A DNA stretch of 64,000 bases from Mustelus asterias. Lineage: Eukaryota. The translations under genes and the position numbers were made by a program. Where the stretch lies: assembly GCF_964213995.1 (NCBI RefSeq), contig NC_135815.1, forward strand, positions 10,354,001-10,418,000. Reading direction: 5' to 3'. Below the pieces are notes generated by a model that searched no databases, was not told the DNA's origin, and saw nothing but the letters and a program-made list of their open reading frames with translations. Shown one piece after another: positions 24,051-35,200 of the stretch (position 1 is its first letter; each line of letters starts with the position of its first letter).

Positions 24051-24578
24051 TTCGTTTCATTGTTTCCACCTAAAATAGTGTGAAGAGGAGTGACTGGGAG
24101 GTGGTCTTCTGGTCCCCGCCCCCCCCCCCCGACAGCACACCCCCGCCGCGGGTTTCCGGGCAGTGTGGAGTGGATTCAATGGGAAATCACACTGACAGCT
24201 GCGGGACCAGAAAACCCCACTGGGGATGAATGTTGTGCCACCTCCCGCCACAAGAAACAGCAGGGAGGCCAGAGAATCACACCAGCAGTGTCCTCACCAA
24301 TACTCACCAATTAAGCCAGTGCGGACCTGACTTTCCTGAACACAGCATCTCTTTAGGAGCCTCGAGCAAGCAAGTAATGGGAGGGACGGGCTTCTCAACA
24401 TGGGGTGAGGCTCACCCTCCTGTCAGCTTAATCCCACCCATATTCCCAGTGATCGGGTCGTGACTTTACCAAGAGCTCATTATTGAGGCTCAACTCTTCG
24501 CATCCAGTTTCCTTCCAGCTCACACAAACATGTTCTCTGCATTAACCTCCGTGGATGCCATTTGTTCGCCTTTCTTTC

Positions 24579-24816
24579 TGTAATAAGTCAGCAGAGGCAG
24601 GAGTCCCTTCACCAAAACCCCTTTATTTACAATTCCAACAGCTGTACACAGAGTGCTCGCAGTCAGCAGTCTACCTTCGGGAGTGCCAGAGGAACTGACA
24701 TTCCCGGTTAAATACAAGGAAAAGACTCCCTGATTGGCCCATCAGTTGACTCCTTAACCAAGTATCCTTGGATATTCCAATAGGCCAACTTCAATGGCCT
24801 GATTGAAGTCATTACA
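24579..24816 (-). mobile_element. Solo LTR with 5-bp TSD
   Basis: TGTAAT...ATTACA termini; CTTTC at 24574-24578 and 24817-24821; AATAAA on the minus strand near 24622. Confidence 0.8.
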
Positions 24817-25007
24817 CTTTCATCGAGAGCTGATATCTTCCCTCAGCCTCTATTCACAGCTCATTGGGGATGAAATTCTGCCATGATACTGGCAGCACAT
24901 TGGTTAATAAACATGAACTACATTAACCAAGTCTTTATGCCTGATTAGAGTAAAGGAGCAAACAGGAAATTGTATGCGAACATTTTCAAACATGAATACA
25001 TACATAC

Positions 25008-25315
25008 ATGCAGAAGGAGGCCATTCAGCCCATCGAGTCTGCACCGACCACAATCCCAGCCAGGCCCTATCCACATAACCCCATGTATTAACCCTAGCTA
25101 ATCCCCCTGACAGTAAGGGTCAATTTAACATGGCCAATCCACCTAACCCGCACATCTTTGGACTGTGGGAGGAAACCGGAGCACCCGGAGGAAACCCACG
25201 CAGACACGGGGAGAATGCGCAAGCTCCACACAGACAGAGACCCGAGCTGGGAATCGAACCCAGGTCCCTGGCGCTGTGAGGCAGCAGTGTTAACCACTGC
25301 GCCACTGTGCCGCCC
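25008..25315 (-). mobile_element. HE1 V-SINE (type A)
   Basis: Head, core and most of the tail. Confidence 0.9.
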
Positions 25316-25924
25316 AGTTACCATTCACATTACAAGTAGCACCCAGTGGATTTTTCATCTCACTGTCGTGTTTATGACATCTTTTTGAGCCCCTTCCAAA
25401 CCTGCTGACTTTCTCGAATGCCAGTGTATTGTCCTTCAGAGGACACGGCTCTATACTGGCACTTCATGGAGTACAAACATGTCACAGATTCTACCCCCAA
25501 AATTGAATTTGCCTTTGTGTGTTCTGCTTTGGATTGTGGAATTGCTTTCAATGTTTGGTCAGTTGCATGCAGACCAGATTGGTGATTTATCTTATTTAAT
25601 GGCCTTCCCTTACCTTCCATTTTCCTAGATTTCTTGCATTTTTCCTTATCCTTCATAATAATGAGTATTACAATAACACAACAAATAGGCTGAGACTCCA
25701 GTGTGGTACTGAAAGATTGCAGCGTTGTCAAAGCAGGAAAATTCCCCCTTGTGTCCTGACCAGCATTTATCCAACAGCCAGCATTGCTAACTCAGAGTTT
25801 GTGATCTTTACCTGTTTGTGGGATCTTGCTGTGCACAAATTGGCAGCCACGTTTCCTACATTACAGCAGTGAACAAGAATACAAAAGTACTTTGATGGTT
25901 GTAAAGGACTTTGGAACATCCTTG

Positions 25925-26760
25925 GCCCACCATCAACATTGGGGTTGGGTTACAGTTGAGAAGAAACTGAATTGTACCAGCAATGTGGCTACAAGAACAG
26001 AGTAAGAGTTTTAACAACACCAGGTTAAAGTCCAACAGGTTTATTTGGTAGCAAATGCCATTTGCTACCAAATAAACCTGTTGGACTTTAACCTGGTGTT
26101 GTTAAAACTCTTAGTGTGTTTACCCCAGTCCAACGCCGGCATCTTCACATCATGGCTACAAGAACAGGTCAGAGGCCGGTAAGTGTGAGACATCAAACTC
26201 ACCTCCTGACTCCTCAAAGCCTGTCCGCCATCTACAAGGCATGAGTCAGGAGTGTGATGGAATGCTCTCCACTTGCCTGGATGAGTGCAGCTCCAACAAT
26301 ACTCAAGAAGCTCTACACCTTCCTAGACAAAGTAGTCCACTTGATTGACACTCCATTCACAAACATTCAGTCCCGCCACCAACAAATAGTAGCAGCAGTG
26401 TGCATCATCTACAAGATGCACTACAGGAACTCACTAATACTCCTTGGACAACACCTTCCAAACCTGTGAGTGATACCATCTAGAAGGACAAGGGCAGCAG
26501 ACATGTGTGAACACTTCTATCTCCAAGTTCCCCTCCAAGTCACTCACCAGCCTGACTTGGAAATATATTGTTGTTCCTTCACCGTCGCTGGGTCACCATC
26601 CTGGAATTCCCTCCCTAACAGCACAGTGGGTGTACTAACACAAACAGCGACTGCAGCGGTTCAAGAAGGCAGCTCACCACCACCTTCTGAAGGGCAATTA
26701 GGTGTGGGTGATAAATGCCGGTCTAGCCAGTGACGCCCACGTCACATGAATGAGAAAAGG
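25925..26760 (+). mobile_element. LINE 3' fragment (CR1/L2-group), likely partner of the family-2 SINE
   Basis: MECSPLAWMSAAPTILKKL..VAAVCIIYKMH..KKAAHHHLLKGN*; 3'UTR matches the family-2 SINE tail. Confidence 0.75.
26001..26152. mobile_element. Penelope-like fold-back insertion with 15-bp TSD
   Basis: Perfect palindrome 26003-26113; TGGCTACAAGAACAG at 25986-26000 and 26153-26167. Confidence 0.85.
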
Positions 26761-27043
26761 AGAAACTATACACGTCTAAGTCTTATATTCTTTCAGTAAT
26801 TCAACCCAGAGATGTAAATTAATGAGAGTCGTGACTAATGTAGATGTGAAGAAATTATTTACGTGATCTTGTAACGAGGGGAGAGAATTAACACATCTCA
26901 AATGAGAAAGGAGACTGGAAATATTTTCTTCCCCAGAGATTAATACATGTGTGGCTGGCAGCCAGTGCAATTATTTTACTGAATCCCTGAGAAGCCTATA
27001 AATTATGAAATGGAATGGATAAAAGTAAATGTAGCACACTGTC

Positions 27044-27355
27044 AGGGCGGCACGGTAGCACAGTGGCTAACACTGCTGCCTCACAGCACCAGGGAAGCAC
27101 GTTCAGTTCTCGGCTTGGGTCACTGTCTGTGCGGAGTCTGTACGTTCTCCCCGTGTCTGCGTGGGTTTCCTCCGGGTGCTCCGGTTCCCTCCCACAGTCT
27201 GAAAGACGTGCCGGTTAGGTGCATTGGCCATGCTAAATTCTCCCTCAGTGTAACCCGAACAGATGCCGGAGTGTGGCGACTAGGGGATTTTCACAGTAAC
27301 TTCATTGCAATGTTAATGTAAGCCTACTTGTGACACTAATAAATAAACTTAAACT
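27044..27355 (+). mobile_element. V-SINE type B
   Basis: Full-length; tail ends TGTGACACTAATAAATAAACTT. Confidence 0.88.
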
Positions 27356-27627
27356 TATCAAATTGAACAAATACTGTTGACTGAGGAAGCACAGGTTTAA
27401 CCCGCCGAAGGAGTAATTCAAGACCCTTCTCAGGAAGTTACTCTTCACACAAAAAAGGTGAATGGACCCCCAGGCTGTGAAGTTGAAACAAATATCTTGG
27501 ATATCACAATAAGAAAATTTGGATGCTAAAACAAGGAAGGCTTAGGTATTTGGGAACGGACGAACAAATCAAATATCAAATTTGTGCGAAGTTCCTTTAA
27601 AGAGGAGGTAAAGTATCAATTAAAAGA

Positions 27628-27925
27628 TTAAAGTTTATTTATCAGTGTCACAACTAGGCTTACATTAACACTGCAATGAAGTTATTGTGAAAATCCCCTA
27701 GTCGCCACACTCTGGTGCCTGTTCGGATACACTGAGGAAGAATTTAGCACGGCCAATGTACCTAACCAGCAAATCTTTTGGACTGTGGGAGGAAACCAGA
27801 GCACCCAGAGGAAACCCATGCAGAGATGGGGAGAACGTGCAAACTCCACAGTCACCCAAGCTGGGAATGGAACCCGGGTTCCTGGCGCTGTGAGGCAGCA
27901 GTGCTAACCACTGTGCCACCATGCC
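27628..27925 (-). mobile_element. V-SINE type B
   Basis: Full-length copy. Confidence 0.88.
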
Positions 27926-27964
27926 AATCCACCCCCCCCCCCCCCCCCCCTCCGCCACGTCCCC

Positions 27965-28177
27965 CAGTTCTCCCCATATCTGTGTAGATTTCCTCCGGGT
28001 GCTCCGGTTTCCTCCCACAGTCTGGAAGACATGCTGGTTAGGTGCATTGGCCATGCTAAATTCTCCCTCAGTGTAACCCGAACAGGCGCCGGAGTGTGGT
28101 GACTAGGGGATTTTCACAGTAACTTCATTGCAGTGTTAATGCAAGCCTACTTGTGACACTAATAAATAAACTTTAAA
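27965..28177 (+). mobile_element. V-SINE type B, 5'-truncated
   Basis: Core plus type B tail. Confidence 0.85.
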
Positions 28178-29677
28178 CATTGGATCAGCTTCCCATTAGA
28201 AACCTCAGTCCATTTTCGTTACGAAGCATTTACAGAAAGAGGCCTTTCAAATGCTTATCCTCCACACAAACTTCTGTCCGCTGCCCTTCATCTAACCTCA
28301 GCTGCACAACAACCTTTTTATTCATTTCTCCCTGCAGTGCTCATCTAGCTTCCCCTGAAATGGATTTACACCATCCACCTCAACTACTCCTTCGGGCTGG
28401 CGGGTTCCACATCCTCACCATTCTTTCTGCGGTTTCTCCAGAACTCCCTCTTGGATTTATTTGTGACTATCTTACATTTATGGCTCCTAGTTTTTGGATC
28501 CTCCACAAGTGGAAACATCATCAATCTCATCAAACTCTTTTGATAACCTTAAAAGACCTCACTCCACAACCTTCTCTTGTCTGGAGAAAAGCCCCCAGCT
28601 TTTTCAGTCTTTCCAATGCACTTAATGAAAGAATTATCATCCCAGCTGAATATCGCCTCCATTCTGCCTTGTTACAAATGAACCCTTGTGTGGCCAGCTT
28701 TAATCAGCAAACTATGGGATCATTTATTTCCTGTGTCTGTGACAGACCTGTAAAATGCAGTGGTATGTTATGGTCTAAAAGGACATATAATGATGAATAG
28801 TCTACTCATATTAATAATTATCTCTATCCAGTATATATATACCCCCACCCCCTACACTTAATCACAAATTCCAAGATTTCTGGTTTGCCTTCCTACTGTG
28901 CTGTGTGCCATTCACAGCAACCTATTGTAATTGTCAATATATAAACCATTAGCTAACAAACGGGCAGGTAGTTTAAACAATCTTCATCTTGAATGTCAAT
29001 ATCATATGGCAGTAGCACATTTCGAAGCCCAACCCCCTTTTGTTTGTACAGTGCTCTGGTTTAGCCTTTGGACCCCATAACCCTAGCCTATAAAGAGAAA
29101 TAGCAAAATGATGCTGGAGTCACCTGGTAATTCACCCTCATATGTCCACAGGTCAACCTGTATTAAATAGGATTATTCTTCTTCATTTGTCAACGAATAT
29201 TTATTGTCTGTGGCTGGTTGGATTCAGAACAGAATCCAGTGTTCAAATTGCTGCTCCCTCTACTGTGGACAGGCAAGATGCCAACATAAATTCAGAAACT
29301 CCAGTTGAAGGGGAAGGCAAACATTCTCCAAGTAGACATTAAGAGAGGTGACCAAATATGGATTTTCAATGCAGAGTTTTTGCTCAAGTTGCCGGAGCAG
29401 GGTTTGAACCCATAGCTACCCACCGGGTCACGGCTGACACCTCAACATTGGACTACAGTCGGATATTCCATCATAACACTGGGTCTTGGATAAGTTAGCA
29501 CACTAGAGTCTGGAAGGGAAATGTCCCAGAACAGTACTGGGATTGAAATGTCAGATGTTCTGGAACAGAACCAGGATCAGGGTGAGAGATATTCCAGAAC
29601 ATTACTGGGATCCGGCTGAGAGATGTTCCAGAACAGAATTGGGAATTGGGGTGAGCTCTAGAACGTTGCTGGTATCA

Positions 29678-31245
29678 TAGAACATAGAACATAGAACATT
29701 ACAGCGCAGAACAGGCCCTTCGGCCCACGATGTTGCACCGACCAGTTAAAAAAAAAACTGTGACCCTCCAACCTAAACCAATTTCTTTTCGTCCATGAAC
29801 CTATCTACGGATCTCTTAAACGCCCCCAAACTAGGCGCATTTACTACTGATGCTGGCAGGGCATTCCAATCCCTCACCACCCTCTGGGTAAAGAACCTAC
29901 CCCTGACATCGGTTCTATAACTACCCCCCCTCAATTTAAAGCCATGCCCCCTCGTGCTGGATTTCTCCATCAGAGGAAAAAGGCTATCACTATCCACCCT
30001 ATCTAAACCTCTAATCATCTTATATGTTTCAATAAGATCCCCTCTTAGCCGCCGCCTTTCCAGCGAAAACAATCCCAAATCCCTCAGCCTCTCCTCATAG
30101 GATCTCCCCTCCATACCAGGCAACATCCTGGTAAACCTCCTCTGCACCCTCTCCAAAGCCTCCACATCCTTCCTGTAATGTGGGGACCAGAACTGCACAC
30201 AGTACTCCAAGTGCGGCCGCACCAGAGTTGTGTACAGTTGCAACATAACGCTACGACTCCTAAATTCAATCCCCCTACCAATAAACGCCAAGACACCATA
30301 TGCCTTCTTAACAACCTTATCTACTTGATTCCCAACTTTCAGGGATCTATGCACACATACACCTAGATCCCTCTGCTCCTCCACACTATTCAAAGTCCTC
30401 CCGTTAGCCCTATACTCAACACATCTGTTATTCCTACCAAAGTGAATTACCTCACACTTCTCCGCATTAAACTCCATCCGCCACCTCTCGGCCCAACTTT
30501 GCAACCTGTCTAAGTCTTCCTGCAAACTACGACACCCTTCCTCACTGTCTACCACACCACCGACTTTGGTGTCATCAGCAAATTTGCTAATCCACCCAAC
30601 TATACCCTCATCCAGATCATTAATAAATATTACAAACAGCAGTGGCCCCAAAACAGATCCCTGAGGTACACCACTTGTAACCGCACTCCATGATGAATAT
30701 TTACTATCAACCACCACCCTCTGTTTCCTATCCGCTAGCCAATTCCTGATCCAATTTCCTAGATCACCCCCAATCCCATACATCTGCATTTTCTGCAGAA
30801 GCCTACCATGGTGAACCTTATCAAACGCCTTACTAAAATCTATATATACCACGTCCACTGCCTTGCCCCCATCCACCTCCTTGGTCACTTTCTCAAAAAA
30901 CTCAATAAGGTTAGTAAGGCACGACCTACCTGCCACAAAACCATGCTGACTATCACCTATCAATTCATTACTCTCCAAATAACTATAAATCCTATCCCTT
31001 ATAATTTTTTCCAACATCTTGCCGACAACAGAAGTGAGACTCACCGGTCTATAATTCCCGGGGAAGTCTCTGTTCCCCTTCTTAAACAATGGGACAACAT
31101 TCGCTAACCTCCAATCTTCTGGTACTATACCAGAGGCCAACGACGACCTGAAGATCAGAGCCAGAGGCTCTGCAATCACTTCTCTTGCCTCCCAGAGAAT
31201 CCTTGGATAAATCCCATCCGGACCAGGGGATTTATCTATTTTATC
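29678..31245 (-). mobile_element. Young 5'-truncated CR1 (HER1-like) LINE
   Basis: Uninterrupted RT ORF, short 3'UTR, (GTTCTAT)n tail; TATCA repeated on both sides. Confidence 0.95.
29773..31179 (-). CDS. CR1 ORF2 fragment: reverse transcriptase and C-terminal region (endonuclease lost by truncation; frame open to about 31239)
   Basis: NYRPVSLTS, QHGF, DFSKAFDKV, GVPQGSVLGPLLF, KFADDTK, RPHLEYCVQFWSP; upstream codons read IDKSPGPDGIYPRIL. Confidence 0.9.
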   Translation of the reverse strand: MIAEPLALIFRSSLASGIVPEDWRLANVVPLFKKGNRDFPGNYRPVSLTSVVGKMLEKIIRDRIYSYLESNELIGDSQHGFVAGRSCLTNLIEFFEKVTKEVDGGKAVDVVYIDFSKAFDKVHHGRLLQKMQMYGIGGDLGNWIRNWLADRKQRVVVDSKYSSWSAVTSGVPQGSVLGPLLFVIFINDLDEGIVGWISKFADDTKVGGVVDSEEGCRSLQEDLDRLQSWAERWRMEFNAEKCEVIHFGRNNRCVEYRANGRTLNSVEEQRDLGVCVHRSLKVGNQVDKVVKKAYGVLAFIGRGIEFRSRSVMLQLYTTLVRPHLEYCVQFWSPHYRKDVEALERVQRRFTRMLPGMEGRSYEERLRDLGLFSLERRRLRGDLIETYKMIRGLDRVDSDSLFPLMEKSSTRGHGFKLRGGSYRTDVRGRFFTQRVVRDWNALPASVVNAPSLGAFKRSVDRFMDEKKLV

Positions 31246-32960
31246 TATCAGTGAGACATGTTCCAGAAAAGAGATGGGATCAGGGTGAGAGATTTTCTAC
31301 ACGGAACAGGGATAGCGGTGAGAGATGTTCCAAAACAGAACTAGGATCAGGGTGAGATATGTTCCAGAACAGTACTGGGATTGAAATGTCAGATGTTCTG
31401 GAACGGAATCAGGATCAGGGTGAGAAATATTCCAGAACATTACTGGGATCCGGCTGAGAGATGTTCCAGAACAGAATTGGGAATTGGGGTGAGCTCTAGA
31501 ACATTGCTGGGATCAGTGCGACATGTTCCAGAAAAGAAATGGGATCAGGGTGAGAAATTTTCTACATGGAACAGGGATAGCGGTGAGAGATGTTCCAAAA
31601 CAGAACTAGGATCGGGGTGAGAGATGTTCCAGAACAGAACTGGGATTAGGATGCCAGATGTTCCAGAACAGAACATGGGTTGGAAGGAGAGATGGTCCAG
31701 AACACAACTGGCATGGTGGTGAGAGACGTTCCAGAACAGAACTGGCATAGTGATAAGAAATGTTTCAGAACAGAACTGGGATCAGGATGAGAGATGTTCC
31801 AGAAAAGAGCTGGGATTAGGGTGAGAGATTTTCAACGCGGAACTGGGATAGCAGTGAGAGATGTTCCAAAACAGAACTAGGATCGGGGTGAGAGATGTTC
31901 CTGAACAGAACTGGCATAGTGGTAAGAGATGTTTCAGAACAGAACTGGGATTAGGATGAGAGATGCTCCAGAACTGAAGTGAGATCAGGATGAGAGATGA
32001 TCCAGAACAGAACAGGGATCAGGGTGAGAGGTGTTCCAGGACAGTGCTGGGATCTGGAGGAGAAATAATGCTGTGATTTTTTTGATTGAATTCTCTGAAT
32101 GATGTTTTAAAGCTCAGTTCCACTTATGATATCAACCTTTATTCTGTTGACTGATATGAGGACTTTATTGTTTTTTAAAACCGTTTTTTATTAATAGAGT
32201 GGCAGCTGGATATGAAATCACCCTCATTTATTGCCTATTCTTAGCAAAGCTGATAAGGAACATTCTCTTTAAACTGCTGCAGCGAAGACGATGCTATCAT
32301 AATCGTAGCAGGCAGACAATTCATTAATATTGACCTGATATATAGAAATGCATTTATATAGCACCTTTCCTGACAGTGGACTATCACAAGATGGAATATT
32401 AAGTTATATGTGAAAAATGACCAGCTTTACTTTCTATTTGATAGGCACCTTGATGTTAATGTTTGATAATTTGAGACTTAAAAATGAAGCACAGCGTGAT
32501 TTAAAAGAATGAAAAATCAAGTTCAGAATTAACATAATCAGATTTTAAGTTACAGAGCAAAGTTACATGATATGTAACTGTTGTGATCGCAGAGTGAAAC
32601 CTGACTGATTGATTTGAAAATTTTTTTAGAAGCCATGGGGAAAAGTTACTGAACAAAGTCACAGGAGTGTGCTGATGAACTTTTAATACAAAGAATAAAA
32701 TATTTATTAAACAACAACGGTGAACTATATTACACCAAACAAAAAGTTTAGAAAGACCTCAATACAAGCACAAGGAGATACACTCAAATTCTCGTTATTC
32801 CTTTACATCAACAATATCTTAACAGACACATATACCAGTGAAGAGTTACCACTAGCTTGACACAAAGGCTTAAGACAAGCACACTTGTGAACAGTTTTCT
32901 TCCTAGTAAGTTCCTGAGCATTCACTTGATGCTTCTTACCTGCCCAACCATTCCCCTGGG

Positions 32961-33325
32961 GCTCCGACCCCAAGGAACACAACAAAGTTGAAGTCATTCC
33001 TAGGTCTTATGAATTACTATGGGAAATTCATACTGAACTTGACGACTCTGGTACCCAAATTTGCGCGGCAATGTCAAGTTAAAAGAAGCCCAGAAAAGGA
33101 GCCATGATTGTCAGTGACCAGAGAGAAACTTCAGACTTCAGGGAGATATGATCCATGTGGAACTCTGGCCTCTAAAAACCCAGGAGCCAGTCATCTGAAA
33201 GATGAAGATTCTGGCTTGGACATAGAGGCAGAGGAGGTGGACATCCAGTCAAAGGTCTCCACCGAGAATGAGCCCCCTGTAGTGACTCTTTGATGCTCTT
33301 CACATCAGAGGCATTCACCTATAGT
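32961..33325 (+). pseudogene. Internally collapsed Gypsy/Ty3 pol remnant
   Basis: APTPRNTTKLKSFLGLMNYYGKFILNL (RT end) joined to PNLRGNVKLKEAQKRSHD..ERNF (post-integrase-core-like). Confidence 0.65.
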
Positions 33326-33431
33326 GTGTGTATACCACGGTAGTGGTTTTACTTTGCATTCTGTAATAAATTATGTTCTTTTCTGGTTCCTGAGTTATTA
33401 TGTTACACTTACAATTACAGCTTATATTTAC

Positions 33432-33703
33432 AGAATCATAGAATCCTACAATGCAGAAGGAGGCCATTCGGCCCATCAAGTCTGCACCGACCACAATCCT
33501 ACCCGGGCACTATCCCCATAACCCCATGCATTTACTCTAGCTAGCCCCACGACACTAAGTGGCAATTTAGCATGGCCAATCCACTTAACCCGCACATCTT
33601 TAGAATGTGGGAGGAAACCGGAGCACCCAATGGAAACCCACGCAGACACGGGGAGAATCTGCAAATTCCACACAGACGGTGACCCAAGCCGGGATTCAAA
33701 CCC
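33432..33703 (-). mobile_element. HE1 V-SINE (type A), head truncated
   Basis: Core and tail; abuts a Rex1 tail at 33705-33852. Confidence 0.85.
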
Positions 33704-34065
33704 TGCACTCTCTCCTTTCTGCACTCTCTCCTTTCCTACTCCCCTATATACTCTATAAATGGTAAATTTTCTCTGCATAGCATGCAAGAAACAATGCTTT
33801 TCACAGTATCCCAATACATGTGACAATAATAAATCAAATCGAATCAAATCAAAACAGTTGATGTTTGCCTAGATGTGCATCCCTGAGAACAGTCCACGGA
33901 GCACAGGGAACTGCTCTGGGGAAACCTTAACAAAAACCACCACATCTTTTTTCAGTGAATGAAAGCAAAATACTGCAGATGCTGGACTATAAACAGAAAA
34001 TGCTGGTAAGACTCAGCAGATCTGGCTGCATCAGTTGAGAAAGAAACAGAGTTAATGTTTTGAGG

Positions 34066-34632
34066 AGGGCACGGTGGCACAGTGGTTAGCACTGCTGCTC
34101 ATAGTGCCAGGGACCTGAGTTCAATTCCTGGCTCTGGTCACTGTCTGTATGTTCTCCCCGTGTCTGCGTGGGTTTACTGCGGGTGCTCTGGTTTCCTCCC
34201 ACGGTCTGAAAAGTGTGCTGGTTAAAAATGTATTTATTATTAGTCACAAGTACGCTTACATTAACATTGTAATGAAGTTACAGTGAAAATCCCCCAGTTG
34301 CCGCACTCCGGCGCCTGTTCAGGTACACTGAGGGAGAATTTAGCAATGCCAATGCACCCTAACCAGCACATCTTTCGACTGTGGGTGGAAACCCATGCAA
34401 AACACAGGGAGAATGTGCAAATTCCACACAGACAGTGACCCAAGTCGGGAATCAAACCCGGGTTCCTGCCTCTGTGAGGCAGCAGTGCTAACCACTGTGC
34501 CACCGTGCCGCCTTGCTAAATTCTCCCTCAGTGTACCCGAACAGGCGCTGGAGTGTGGCGACTAGGGGATTTTCACAGTACCTTCACTGCAGTGTTAATG
34601 TAAGCCCACTTGTGACTAATAAACTTTACTTT
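34066..34632 (+). mobile_element. V-SINE type B with an antisense type B copy nested inside (34225-34512)
   Basis: Outer copy breaks at GTGCTGGTTA and resumes at TGCTAAATTCTCCC. Confidence 0.85.
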
Positions 34633-34869
34633 AGTCCGTATGACTCTTCTTCTAGATATGCTTCGTAAAGGCACGTACCAGAAGGAGGTGAACAACACTT
34701 TCTTCTCTATTTCAGCCACCTCAAGGGTGACACAGATGGGGGAGGGAATAGCCTTGATGTGTCACATAGACTGTCCCTCATTTCTTATGGGATCTCCGCG
34801 GCCGGTCCCAGATCCCCAATTATCTACTGTGCCATCACCGTACCCTTGGTGAAATCACTCCTGATGTGA

Positions 34870-35200
34870 TTTTTATTGATTTATCGGACATGGGCATCGC
34901 CGGCTAGGCCAGCATTTATTGCCCATCCCTAGTTGCCCTTGAGAAGGTAGTGGTGAACTTGAACCACTGCAGTCCCTGAGGGAGGGAGTTCCAGGATTTT
35001 GACTCAGCGACAGTGAAGGAACGGCGATATATTTCCAAGTCAGGAATGTGAGTGACTTGGAGGGGAACCTCCAGGTGGTGGTGTTCCCAGGTATCTGCTG
35101 CCCTTGTCCTTCTAGATGGTAGTGGTCATGGGTTTGGAAGGTGCTGTCGAAGGAGTCTTAGTGAATTGCTGCAGTGCATCTTGTAGATGGCAGACACTGC
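34870..35200 (-). mobile_element. LINE 3' end, same family as 25925-26760
   Basis: IYKMHC motif and GGGCAACTAGGGATGGGCAATAAATGCTGG tail. Confidence 0.75.

Larger units (their letters stand above)
29499..32062. repeat. ~34-bp minisatellite (GAGAGATGTTCCAGAACAGAACTGGGATCAGGGT) with 265-bp higher-order repeat, split by a CR1
   Basis: Array at 29499-29677 and 31247-32062; 31251 recurs at 31516, and 29521-29677 matches 31359-31515. Confidence 0.9.

Noticed and set aside
28180-28800. 206-aa ORF
   Set aside because: It largely overlaps a degenerate antisense CR1 3' end, has a TTG start and no recognisable domain.
29499-32062. 34-bp repeat array next to a reverse transcriptase, superficially CRISPR-, retron- or DGR-like
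   Set aside because: The monomers are contiguous with no unique spacers, and the RT is an ordinary truncated CR1 that interrupted the array.
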